Counted from the stretch's first letter, positions 7,870 through 15,700 are shown. The stretch: 32,000 nucleotides of DNA from Candidatus Saccharimonadota bacterium (GCA_020160975.1 JAIUPJ010000001.1:210001-242000), one strand, 5' to 3'. A program made the numbers and translations. Notes: generated from the sequence alone by a model not told the origin.

Positions 7870-9018
7870 CTACCTACGACCTTCGCGTAGGACAATCACC
7901 GCGACATCGCGAGCAGCATTTGGCCGTGCAAAGGCGTGTAGCCGACGTGCGAGCGCCTCACGTCGACCTTTCGCTGCCAACAGCGTAGAAAGTGCATCAT
8001 ACAGTACGTTCGCCTCGGCAATTTGGTCGTCAGTCAGGATAACCGCTGCATCTGCTTTTCGATATACTTCGGCATTTTTCTGTTGATCACCCAGTGCCCG
8101 CGCTGGCACGAGCACAGCAGCTTTTCGCAGCCCTGCAAGCTCCTGGATAAACGTCGCGCTCGCTCGAGATATCACGATATCAGCAGCCCCCAAAACATCT
8201 GCCATTCCTTCATAGACAAACGGCACCACCTTGTTCTTATCGTGCCTTGCCGCCAACGCATTCACCTCGTCAAAATGCTTCCGCCCGGTTACATGATATA
8301 GCTGCACGTTATCGGCCAGCAGTCGTGGCCCTGCCTGAAGTAGCGAGGTATTGATGCTGGCGGCACCCAAGCCCCCGCCGGTTGCCACAATCAGCGGCAA
8401 TGACGGATCAAACCCTAGCTTCCGTTTGAGACCACGCTGTGTTTCTTCGTCAATAGGATGAAACTCTTCAGCAATTGGCACCCCCACAAACGCACTGATC
8501 TTGTGAGGATAGTCGTAATTCTCTAGTGGCGACCCTGTCGCAATTGCCGAAGCCCAGCGCCCAAGTACACGATTGGTCAGCCCGGGTCGCGTGTCAGAGT
8601 CGTGCACGACAATCGGCACACCAAGCAGCCGCGCAGCAACACCAACCGGTAGGCACACGAATCCACCTTTTGCAAAAAATACATCTGGACGAAATTGCCA
8701 TACCAGCCAAAGACTTTGGATAACTCCTATCCCTACCTTGAACATATCACGCAGATTCGCAAGCACAATCCGTGGCATGAGCAGTTGTCGGCCCATTGTT
8801 AGGTGACTGTAACGACGAAACTTCCCAGAGGTAATCGTTTTTACTGTCACCGGCACTTCAGTCCCCTGCAGCATGAGGCCTCGTGCCTGCACGGCAAACG
8901 CTCTGTCGCAAACAAACAAGAATTCATGCTCTGACTCCTGCTTGGCTATTTCATTAATAACTGCGACGACGGGAGAAACGTGTCCGCCCGAGCCCCCGCC
9001 GGCTGCGAGAATCCTCAT
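7870..9018 (-). CDS. murG: UDP-N-acetylglucosamine--N-acetylmuramyl-(pentapeptide) pyrophosphoryl-undecaprenol GlcNAc transferase
   Basis: N-terminal MRILAAGGGSGGHVSPVVAV (G-loop). IVATGGGLGAAS second-domain motif. AAGGAG SD 7 nt upstream of the ATG. Confidence 0.93.
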   Translation of the reverse strand: MRILAAGGGSGGHVSPVVAVINEIAKQESEHEFLFVCDRAFAVQARGLMLQGTEVPVTVKTITSGKFRRYSHLTMGRQLLMPRIVLANLRDMFKVGIGVIQSLWLVWQFRPDVFFAKGGFVCLPVGVAARLLGVPIVVHDSDTRPGLTNRVLGRWASAIATGSPLENYDYPHKISAFVGVPIAEEFHPIDEETQRGLKRKLGFDPSLPLIVATGGGLGAASINTSLLQAGPRLLADNVQLYHVTGRKHFDEVNALAARHDKNKVVPFVYEGMADVLGAADIVISRASATFIQELAGLRKAAVLVPARALGDQQKNAEVYRKADAAVILTDDQIAEANVLYDALSTLLAAKGRREALARRLHAFARPNAARDVAVIVLREGRR

Positions 9019-10267
9019 ATCCTGACTCCTTTATTACCACTGAACCATGCGCCGTATAGCGCGACAACTGAAATGCCAAACCAAGAGCAGCAGCGATAAA
9101 CACCATACTCGTCCCGCCAAAACTAAGAAGCGGAAGTGTGATGCCTGTCAACGGAAAGATTCCGATCATGGATGCTACATTAAGCACCACATGCGCCACA
9201 AGCCACCCCCATATCCCTGCCACCGCCAGTCGCATCGAGCTGTCTGCCAGATGATCCGTGATCCGCAGAAGTCTCAGCAACAACGCGGAAAATATAATCA
9301 ACACTACGCTCACTCCAACAAACCCAAATGTTTCACCGATGATCGCAAAGACCGAGTCATTGATCGCCTCTGGCAGATATCCTGTTGCTTGGATACTATT
9401 GCCAATACCGAGCCCCAAAAACCCACCGGTACCCAGCGCGATCTTTGCATTCTTGATGTGATAATTAGCATCATCGGCATTTGCCGCCGTCGAGTTATCG
9501 CCCTGGATAAACGTCGTGATTCGCTCCATGCGGTGAGGAAATAGCAACACCATGAGCACTCCGAGAACGGCCGCCCCACCAATAATCTTCCCTAACAGCT
9601 GCCACTTCATTCCGCTCACAATAAGCATCGACAAAATGATTGAGCTTAGCGCAAGTCCCGTGCCTAAATCTTTTTGCAGCACCACTACAAAAAACAGAGC
9701 AACAAGAGAAACACCAAGTACCGGCAAAACAGTAAGCGATGTATCATTGATTTTCCCCTGGTCAGCGCGAATTCCCAAAAACCGTGCGAGGTATAATAGC
9801 ATCGCAAACTTCAAAAACTCAGCCGGCTGAAAGCCCCCCAAAGGTCCTAGCTCAAACCAGCGACATGCACCCAGACTACACTGCGCGATTTGCGAAAGAT
9901 GCAACACATTCCCTGTCAAAAACAATATCGCACAGAGGCCGAGTCCAACCCACACCAATTTCTCCGCGTACTTCTTCAAAAAAGTAAATGGCAACAGCGC
10001 CAACGCCGCAAACGCACCGATAGACACCGCTAAACTGACGAGCTGCTTGATGACAAAGTATGTGTCCGTATAAAAATTCGTGCCGTGTACGTTGTTGAGA
10101 ACGTTCGCTCGCTGTGGACCGATTGCATACATAATAATCAGTCCCAGCAGCATTAGTAGCCCAACAAACAACACCAACTGGTAGTCAGGACGGTGGCGAC
10201 GCTGTGCGCCAAGTGCTGCCAGTGCCCGCCTTGGCTGGCTAGCCAAGCGTCGCGCCGCCTCGCTCAC
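8954..10267 (-). CDS. ftsW: SEDS-family lipid II flippase/peptidoglycan polymerase FtsW
   Basis: About 10 TM helices and typical SEDS blocks (ANYHIKNAKIALGTGGFLGLGIGNS, LPEAINDSVFAIIGE). dcw context. GTG start overlaps the mraY stop (TAGTG). Confidence 0.9.
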   Translation of the reverse strand: MSEAARRLASQPRRALAALGAQRRHRPDYQLVLFVGLLMLLGLIIMYAIGPQRANVLNNVHGTNFYTDTYFVIKQLVSLAVSIGAFAALALLPFTFLKKYAEKLVWVGLGLCAILFLTGNVLHLSQIAQCSLGACRWFELGPLGGFQPAEFLKFAMLLYLARFLGIRADQGKINDTSLTVLPVLGVSLVALFFVVVLQKDLGTGLALSSIILSMLIVSGMKWQLLGKIIGGAAVLGVLMVLLFPHRMERITTFIQGDNSTAANADDANYHIKNAKIALGTGGFLGLGIGNSIQATGYLPEAINDSVFAIIGETFGFVGVSVVLIIFSALLLRLLRITDHLADSSMRLAVAGIWGWLVAHVVLNVASMIGIFPLTGITLPLLSFGGTSMVFIAAALGLAFQLSRYTAHGSVVIKESGYEDSRSRRGLGRTRFSRRRSY

Positions 10268-11313
10268 TAGATGTGTCCTCCCTTGAGCGCCAGTAGCAAG
10301 CCAATGAATCCCGCCACGCAGCCAATCACCCAGAAGCGCATCGTTACCTTCGTCTCAGGCCAACCGATTGCTTCGAAATGATGGTGCACGGGGGCAGAAA
10401 TAAATACCTTCCGTCCAAAAAATCGTTTACTGAGAATCTGAATCAGACTTGACCCCGCTTCGGCTACAAACAATACACCGATAACCGGCAGTAGAAATAG
10501 CGTGTTGGTCAGCATTGCGATTACTCCGAGGCTCGTGCCGAACGCAAAACTACCAACATCCCCCATAAAAAACCGTGCCGGATAGATATTGAACCAAAGA
10601 TAACTGAGCAGTGCACCGACGACAGTGAAACAAAACCCAGCGATCATCAGATGGTTTTGTAACAGAGCGATGATTCCAAATACCGAATAGCTAATTGACA
10701 ACAGTCCGCCAGCGAGTCCATCCAGCCCATCGCTAATATTAACGGCGTTGCTTGTTGAGACTACTGCCAGCACAAACAGTGGTACAATCCACATGCCTAG
10801 CTGCCATACTCCAACAAACGGAATCTGCACGCTGTTATACCCCAACTTGACAAAGAAGAACCACCCGAGCGCAAGAGCGAGTACCGTAATCATGGCAAAC
10901 TTGAGGCTTGAGCGCAAGCCCGCTACCCCGCTTCCCTTGCCACGGATATTGATCACATCGTCTAGCAACCCGACCGCACCGCCACCAATTAGCGCTGCCA
11001 GCGGCAACCATGTCTCGGCACGACTCCAGTTGAAACAATATGTGATGACTGCAATTGCCACGAGACTCACTATCCCTGCCATGGTCGGGATAGACCGGTC
11101 AAATTTGCTAGCATGAAGCTTCGTAAATACCTCAAGCTTCTCACCAAGCGTACTAGTAGTGCGTTGCTTCTTCCAAAACTTGTAACGGTACGCAAAGTAC
11201 GTATAAACCGGCGTCAGTGCCATCGACAGCAAAAAAGCGCCCACGCTCAACATAAATACTGCATTGAGGTCGCTGGAGAAAATGTGAACGTTCATAGCTG
11301 TATTATATACCAC
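10267..11313 (-). CDS. mraY: Phospho-N-acetylmuramoyl-pentapeptide transferase
   Basis: MraY blocks NAVNISDGLDGLAGG, FMGDVGSFAFG and APVHHHFE. Start is uncertain: GTG 11313 or ATG 11295, which sits 6 nt behind a TATAAT. Confidence 0.92.
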   Translation of the reverse strand: MVYNTAMNVHIFSSDLNAVFMLSVGAFLLSMALTPVYTYFAYRYKFWKKQRTTSTLGEKLEVFTKLHASKFDRSIPTMAGIVSLVAIAVITYCFNWSRAETWLPLAALIGGGAVGLLDDVINIRGKGSGVAGLRSSLKFAMITVLALALGWFFFVKLGYNSVQIPFVGVWQLGMWIVPLFVLAVVSTSNAVNISDGLDGLAGGLLSISYSVFGIIALLQNHLMIAGFCFTVVGALLSYLWFNIYPARFFMGDVGSFAFGTSLGVIAMLTNTLFLLPVIGVLFVAEAGSSLIQILSKRFFGRKVFISAPVHHHFEAIGWPETKVTMRFWVIGCVAGFIGLLLALKGGHI

Positions 11314-11330
11314 TTCCTCTGTTATGTCGC
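11293..11330 (-). promoter_or_regulatory. Possible internal promoter giving a leaderless mraY mRNA
   Basis: On the minus strand: GCGACA (11330-11325), 17 nt spacer, TATAAT (11307-11302), preceded by TGG-TATATA. The ATG at 11295 lies 6 nt downstream of the -10. Confidence 0.35.
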
Positions 11331-13073
11331 ACTCGGCGTTAGGCGCAAATAATCGATCAGCCAGTTAGAAATATCATTAAAAATCGGCTTGGCATCGGCA
11401 CCGCCACCGAGCGCCTTACCCTTTGCCGAGATGTCGATCATGATGACATAACGCGGCGTCTTGCCAACCTCTCCACCGAACCCTAGGTAGGTTCCAATGG
11501 TTTGGTCATTGACATACTTTCCTTTCTCAATCGTCTGCGACGTACCGGTTTTGCCGCCAATATAGTAGCCCTCTGGTGTGCCCTGCGGCTTATAGGTAGC
11601 ATAGTGTGATTGATGCACCATCTCACGCACGGTTGCGGACGTCGCAGCACTCACTACTCCCGGGAACTGCTGCTTAAGGGCCGCTGCTTTAAACTCTCCT
11701 GATTCGCTCACCGTACCCGCAATCACCGTCGGCGTATGGTAAATACCGCCATTGACAATCGCGCAAAATCCACTGGCGACTTGCATCATTGTGGCATCCA
11801 TTCCTTGACCAAATGCCATATTGCTATACCGCACAGCATTGCCCTCGGCTTCTTCAGGTGGGACGATCGTCCCTTTCGCCTCATTAGCAAGCTCGATACC
11901 AGTTCGCTCACCTAATCGGAACCGATTGTGAAAGTACTCATACATGGCGTCACGAGCGGTTCTCGTGATCTGCGTGCCATTCCCCAGTCGCTGTGCCACT
12001 GTCACCATACCAGTGTTAAGCGACCAATTAAGTGCATATTGCATGGTAATTGTCCCAGTATGACCCTTCGATGCATTAGAAATCGTAATGTCATCAACTG
12101 TTATATAGTCGGTATTGTTATAAGTTGAGTCTGGGCTAATCACCCCCTTATCAACACCCGTCGCAACCGTGAAGATCTTGATATCCGAGCCTGGTTCATA
12201 CGGGACACTAATTGCATCATTATTAAACAGTGCGGCGTCGGTTACTTGATTCAATTCGGCCGGGTTATAGGTCGGGACATTTGCCATCGCTAGCACCTGG
12301 CCGCTTGCTGGATCCATCACAATAGCACTAGCATGCGTTGCTCCCGAACGTGCGATGCCTTCAGCCAATGCCTTTTCAGTTTGACTCTGGATATTTCGAT
12401 CGATAGTCAGGACAATATCGCTCCCGTTCTTTGGGGCAACTTTCACATTCTTATCGCCAACAGTAAGTGGTACATCACGCACATCAGTCACCGTGTTTAG
12501 TACCCCATTCTTGCCTTTAAGCTGTTCGTCATTCGCCTGTTCAAAGCCATACTTTCCGTTACCTTCAGCATCGACAAACCCAAGCAGCTGACTGGCAAGC
12601 GAACCTTCTGGATACACACGCTGACTCACCTCGTCAAATCCTATACCAGCTAGTTTCTTGGTCTTGAGCATTTCAGCTTGAGTACGGCTGACTTTCGTGG
12701 CGAGCACCTGATACCGCGTCTTGGTTCGATCAAGGTACTGTGAGAAATTTTTGCGCGTGTTGCCACCAGCAATATCATTGAGAGCGCTCACAACGGCATT
12801 TCTGTCTGTCACTACCGATGGATCCGCCCATACGGTATACACTTTTTCATTCATCACAAGCTTATTTGGCGTACCGGCATCCATGGTGTAAATTTCACCA
12901 CGTTTTGCATGCAGGACGAACCGCTTCATCTGTTCGCTGTCGGCCTGAGATACATAATAGTCATGTTGGATCACCTGCAAATAAAACAGCCGAAACACAA
13001 AAAGGGCCATGAATGCCACCATAGCCATGGCGAGTAATCGTGCTCGACTCCCTTTTGTGAAATGCAGTTCCAT
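11322..13073 (-). CDS. ftsI: Penicillin-binding protein 2/FtsI-type transpeptidase
   Basis: N-terminal TM helix. SxxK (SDIK), SxN (SNAS) and KTGT (GGKTGTSQ) motifs in order. ATG 13073 preferred over TTG 13079. Confidence 0.9.
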   Translation of the reverse strand: MELHFTKGSRARLLAMAMVAFMALFVFRLFYLQVIQHDYYVSQADSEQMKRFVLHAKRGEIYTMDAGTPNKLVMNEKVYTVWADPSVVTDRNAVVSALNDIAGGNTRKNFSQYLDRTKTRYQVLATKVSRTQAEMLKTKKLAGIGFDEVSQRVYPEGSLASQLLGFVDAEGNGKYGFEQANDEQLKGKNGVLNTVTDVRDVPLTVGDKNVKVAPKNGSDIVLTIDRNIQSQTEKALAEGIARSGATHASAIVMDPASGQVLAMANVPTYNPAELNQVTDAALFNNDAISVPYEPGSDIKIFTVATGVDKGVISPDSTYNNTDYITVDDITISNASKGHTGTITMQYALNWSLNTGMVTVAQRLGNGTQITRTARDAMYEYFHNRFRLGERTGIELANEAKGTIVPPEEAEGNAVRYSNMAFGQGMDATMMQVASGFCAIVNGGIYHTPTVIAGTVSESGEFKAAALKQQFPGVVSAATSATVREMVHQSHYATYKPQGTPEGYYIGGKTGTSQTIEKGKYVNDQTIGTYLGFGGEVGKTPRYVIMIDISAKGKALGGGADAKPIFNDISNWLIDYLRLTPSAT

Positions 13074-13084
13074 GAACAATAACT

Positions 13085-13435
13085 CTACTCGCTGACGTGC
13101 TGAACGTCGGTTGGCGTCGTCATGTTTTTGGCGACACTGCTGGTCTTGACTGCTTGAAGCGCCGTCAAACGAGCATTCTCAACTTCGAGATCTTTCTTTT
13201 CATCAGTCAGCGCAGAGATTTTGTCGGTCGTTTCGCTGGCAGCATAATCATAGCCAGAGGCCCTGGTTGCTTGGGTGAGGTATATCAAACCAAGTACTGT
13301 GATCATTAGCGCAACGATCACCGTGTGTGTAATTGGTCCGAGCTTGACAGCAGAAGCAAAGGCAACCGTATTCTGGTTTCGGTTCCAATTACCGCCGCGT
13401 CTACTGTTAAATTGTACTGTTCGTGTGTATGACAT
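13085..13435 (-). CDS. ftsL: FtsL/DivIC-like bitopic division protein
   Basis: Single TM helix (ITHTVIVALMITVLGLIYL) followed by a coiled-coil-like segment (KISALTDEKKDLEVENARLTALQ). It lies between rsmH and ftsI. Confidence 0.6.
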   Translation of the reverse strand: MSYTRTVQFNSRRGGNWNRNQNTVAFASAVKLGPITHTVIVALMITVLGLIYLTQATRASGYDYAASETTDKISALTDEKKDLEVENARLTALQAVKTSSVAKNMTTPTDVQHVSE

Positions 13436-13685
13436 AGTGGTGGTCTTTTTGTGTTTATATTATTTTTATTGTGCTCGTTACAAAACGAAGTACTGAGCAG
13501 AGGCAGTGGTCGGCCTGCGAGTGAAATGCCCGCAGTACCGACGGCACCTCTTAGCGCGCTTTGTTGTTATCGTTGGGAGAAGTTATCTCGAATCAATTAC
13601 TTGATGCGAACTTCTACCTTGAATTCCTCTGAAGCGTTTTGGACTGGGATGTGAACTGGCATGTCACTCCCCCTTTCTTTTTGTG

Positions 13686-14576
13686 TTATATTTTCACAGC
13701 GACACGCAGTTTTGCGCTACGTGATCGCGGATTGTGAACATCGTGGGTGGCCCCGTCGATAGGATGCTTGGTCTGAATGCGAAGCTCAGCTTCGTACCCT
13801 GCGTTCTTTTGCTCTGCAAAGTAGCGCTTGACGATGCGATCCTCCAGGCTGTGAAAGCTGATAACACCGACCCTTCCGTCCTTTTTAAGGAGCTTTGGGA
13901 GCAGTGGTAGCGTCTCACTCACCTGGCGGAGTTCATCGTTGACCTGGATCCTAATGGCCTGAAAGGTGCGTGTCGCTGGGTGGATTTTCTGCCACTTGCC
14001 GACATGTGCCTGCCGAATTACTTCAGCGAGTTGTCCGGTCGTTTGAACCGGCCGAGCGGCGATGATTGCATTGGCATAGCGGGTAGCTACCCGTTGCGGT
14101 TCCTCGCCATATTCATGGATGATTCTGGATAATTCACTGCGTTTTGCGGTGTTAACGATCGTCTCGGCCGTGAGGTCTTGACGATTATCCATCCTCATGT
14201 CTAATGGCCCGTCCTTCATAAAGGAGAAGCCTCTGCTCGAAATATCGAGCTGTGGTGATGACACCCCCAAGTCAAGTAAGATTACATCAAATTGCTGGTC
14301 GTCCGCTACAAGCTGCTTGGCAGCTTCGGCAAAGTCAACCTGCATGAGCCTTGTTCCCTTTTCAGAAAACTGTCCTAGCGTCAAAATCGCGTTGGTATCG
14401 CGATCAACCAGGACGGACCCAGAGTAATTATCCGTTCGCTGCAGCATTGCCGATGCATGACCTCCATACCCAGCCGTCAGGTCGAGATATCTCTCACCTG
14501 GTTTGGGCGCTAGCTCACGCAGACAATCCTCCAACAAAACGGGAACATGAAGTGGTGGATGTTCTTTGATACTCAT
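13686..14576 (-). CDS. rsmH: 16S rRNA (cytosine1402-N4)-methyltransferase
   Basis: HVPVLL, DLTAGYGGHA, DLGVSSPQLD and ISFHSLEDRIVK blocks typical of RsmH/MraW. Confidence 0.95.
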   Translation of the reverse strand: MSIKEHPPLHVPVLLEDCLRELAPKPGERYLDLTAGYGGHASAMLQRTDNYSGSVLVDRDTNAILTLGQFSEKGTRLMQVDFAEAAKQLVADDQQFDVILLDLGVSSPQLDISSRGFSFMKDGPLDMRMDNRQDLTAETIVNTAKRSELSRIIHEYGEEPQRVATRYANAIIAARPVQTTGQLAEVIRQAHVGKWQKIHPATRTFQAIRIQVNDELRQVSETLPLLPKLLKKDGRVGVISFHSLEDRIVKRYFAEQKNAGYEAELRIQTKHPIDGATHDVHNPRSRSAKLRVAVKI

Positions 14577-14585
14577 GACTCTACT

Positions 14586-14594
14586 ATCGTATCA
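14586..14594 (-). promoter_or_regulatory. Extended -10 element TGATACGAT 9 nt upstream of the rsmH ATG
   Basis: The minus strand reads TGaTACGAT-agtagagtc-ATG. There is no SD before the rsmH start. Confidence 0.35.
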
Positions 14595-14812
14595 TGAGCG
14601 AAAAGATTTCAACTCAATCTACCGATATGTAGAGCTCTTTTGAACGAACGCGTTTCAAGGCAACTGTCGTGTTCTGGACGATAATCGAGAAGAGCGGTGC
14701 AATGGCACTGCTCTTCCAGACTCGCAGTAGAAACATGGCAAGTGACTGAAAAGTCGACATAGGCGGCTGGCTGCGCCAGACGGCAGATGTCGACGACGCG
14801 ACGTTCAAAAGA

Positions 14813-14837
14813 TCGAGATCACCAAACTGGTAGTGAG
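14813..14837. repeat. Left arm of 25-bp imperfect inverted repeat
   Basis: tcgagatcaccaaactggtagtgag matches the reverse complement of 15030-15054 at 23/25 positions. Confidence 0.85.
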
Positions 14838-14841
14838 AAAT

Positions 14842-14880
14842 ATGTTTGTTTTCGCATAGAATGTTTGTTTTTGTATAAGA
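14842..14880. repeat. Tandem duplication (19 + 20 nt)
   Basis: ATGTTTGTTTTCGCATAGA / ATGTTTGTTTTTGTATAAGA. The first 11 nt are identical. Confidence 0.8.
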
Positions 14881-15029
14881 ATCGATTACTAGCCGAGGGG
14901 TCTACAGTGTAGATCATAACCCTATTTTAGTAATCTTGAGAGACTTATGTGTGAGGTGGAGTTTTTTGGGAGGTGTTGTGTTAAGGAAGGTACATTCGAC
15001 TATTTTTCATGTGGGCCGAGTAACCACTA

Positions 15030-15054
15030 CTCACTACCAGATTGTTGATCTCGA
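15030..15054. repeat. Right arm of 25-bp imperfect inverted repeat
   Basis: ctcactaccagattgttgatctcga. Partner arm is 14813-14837. Confidence 0.85.
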
Positions 15055-15100
15055 GGATATCGTTTGGTTGTTAATGTACTAAAATTAATCAGAAAGTAAA

Positions 15101-15466
15101 CTATTGAATATGCTCGGGTGCACCGACGCGCCAATATGCGCCAACCCGTACTGCTTCGACCTGCCTGTCAATTCGCGCATAGTCTAGAAGTGATTGCTCA
15201 ACCACGACTCGACCCTGCTTGGTGTCCAGCTCTTGCGCCGATTTGCCGCGGCGAAAGCGAACATTGAGGTCTGCTACCTGCTCATCGAGGATGCTGCCCG
15301 AAAGCGCTGGCTCAACTTCCCTGTCCCACACGTGCTGTGGATACATATGGAGGTAGGTGCCAAAACCTCTGGTCAGGACGATACCGCTTGCAAATTCATT
15401 ACGAAGCTCAGTCGGTATTGTCAACCGACGCTTGTCATCAAGCTTTCGTTCAAATGAATCCACCAT
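15101..15466 (-). CDS. mraZ: Transcriptional regulator MraZ
   Basis: N-terminal FERKLDDKRRLTIP (the DxKGR-xxP-type MraZ motif), and a second half-repeat, ELDTKQGRVVV. It is the first gene of the dcw cluster. Confidence 0.88.
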   Translation of the reverse strand: MVDSFERKLDDKRRLTIPTELRNEFASGIVLTRGFGTYLHMYPQHVWDREVEPALSGSILDEQVADLNVRFRRGKSAQELDTKQGRVVVEQSLLDYARIDRQVEAVRVGAYWRVGAPEHIQ

Positions 15467-15565
15467 AGCGTTGTTTGTCCCTGCTCCTTTATGAAGCGTT
15501 AAGCGGTAGATTTTAATGTATGTTTGTTTGTGGTGTTTATGTCGTAGGCTCTTCTTTGTTGAAGG

Positions 15566-15615
15566 TTACCCACTTTTTTCCACTGGACTCATAATACTAC
15601 CCACTCTTACCCACT
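15566..15615 (-). promoter_or_regulatory. Four phased direct repeats (candidate MraZ operator)
   Basis: Plus-strand 9-mers are TTACCCACT (15566), TTTTCCACT (15576), CTACCCACT (15597) and TTACCCACT (15607). On the gene strand they read AGTGGGTAA. Spacing is 10/21/10 bp. Confidence 0.6.
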
Positions 15616-15620
15616 GGCAA
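15591..15620 (-). promoter_or_regulatory. Candidate mraZ (dcw) promoter
   Basis: On the minus strand: TTGCCA (15620-15615), 18 nt spacer, TATTAT (15596-15591). The repeats occupy the spacer and the region just downstream of the -10. Confidence 0.5.
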
Positions 15621-15654
15621 TACTATTTTTGACTTTTTTCATCAATATGTCTGA

Positions 15655-15680
15655 ATTTATCCACAATTTTGTGGATAAAT
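15655..15680. promoter_or_regulatory. Two perfect DnaA-box 9-mers in inverted orientation
   Basis: TTATCCACA at 15657-15665 (+) and at 15678-15670 (-). Together they form the palindrome ATTTATCCACAA-tt-TTGTGGATAAAT. Confidence 0.6.
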
Positions 15681-15700
15681 CAACTCCCCAACAGATAAGA

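Noticed and set aside
14614-14808. A 64-aa minus-strand ORF in the mraZ-rsmH spacer.
   Set aside because: It has no SD and no recognisable fold or motif, and it has a Ser/Val/Ala-rich shadow-like composition. It ends well before rsmH, with nothing to suggest coupling.
14947-15048. A 33-aa Cys-rich plus-strand ORF (MCEVEFFGRCCVKEGTFDYFSCGPSNHYSLPDC) inside the inverted-repeat element.
   Set aside because: It has no SD or promoter and is antisense to the dcw transcription direction. It runs into the right repeat arm. The G/T-rich sequence generates Cys/Gly/Val codons by composition alone.
15655-15680. The DnaA-box palindrome (and the AT-rich 6420-6890 region) as the chromosomal origin oriC.
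   Set aside because: There are only two boxes at 15655-15680, and only one 8/9 box at 6680. Neither site has a cluster of boxes with an adjacent AT-rich unwinding repeat, and there is no dnaA/dnaN nearby. GC skew cannot be evaluated within one window.
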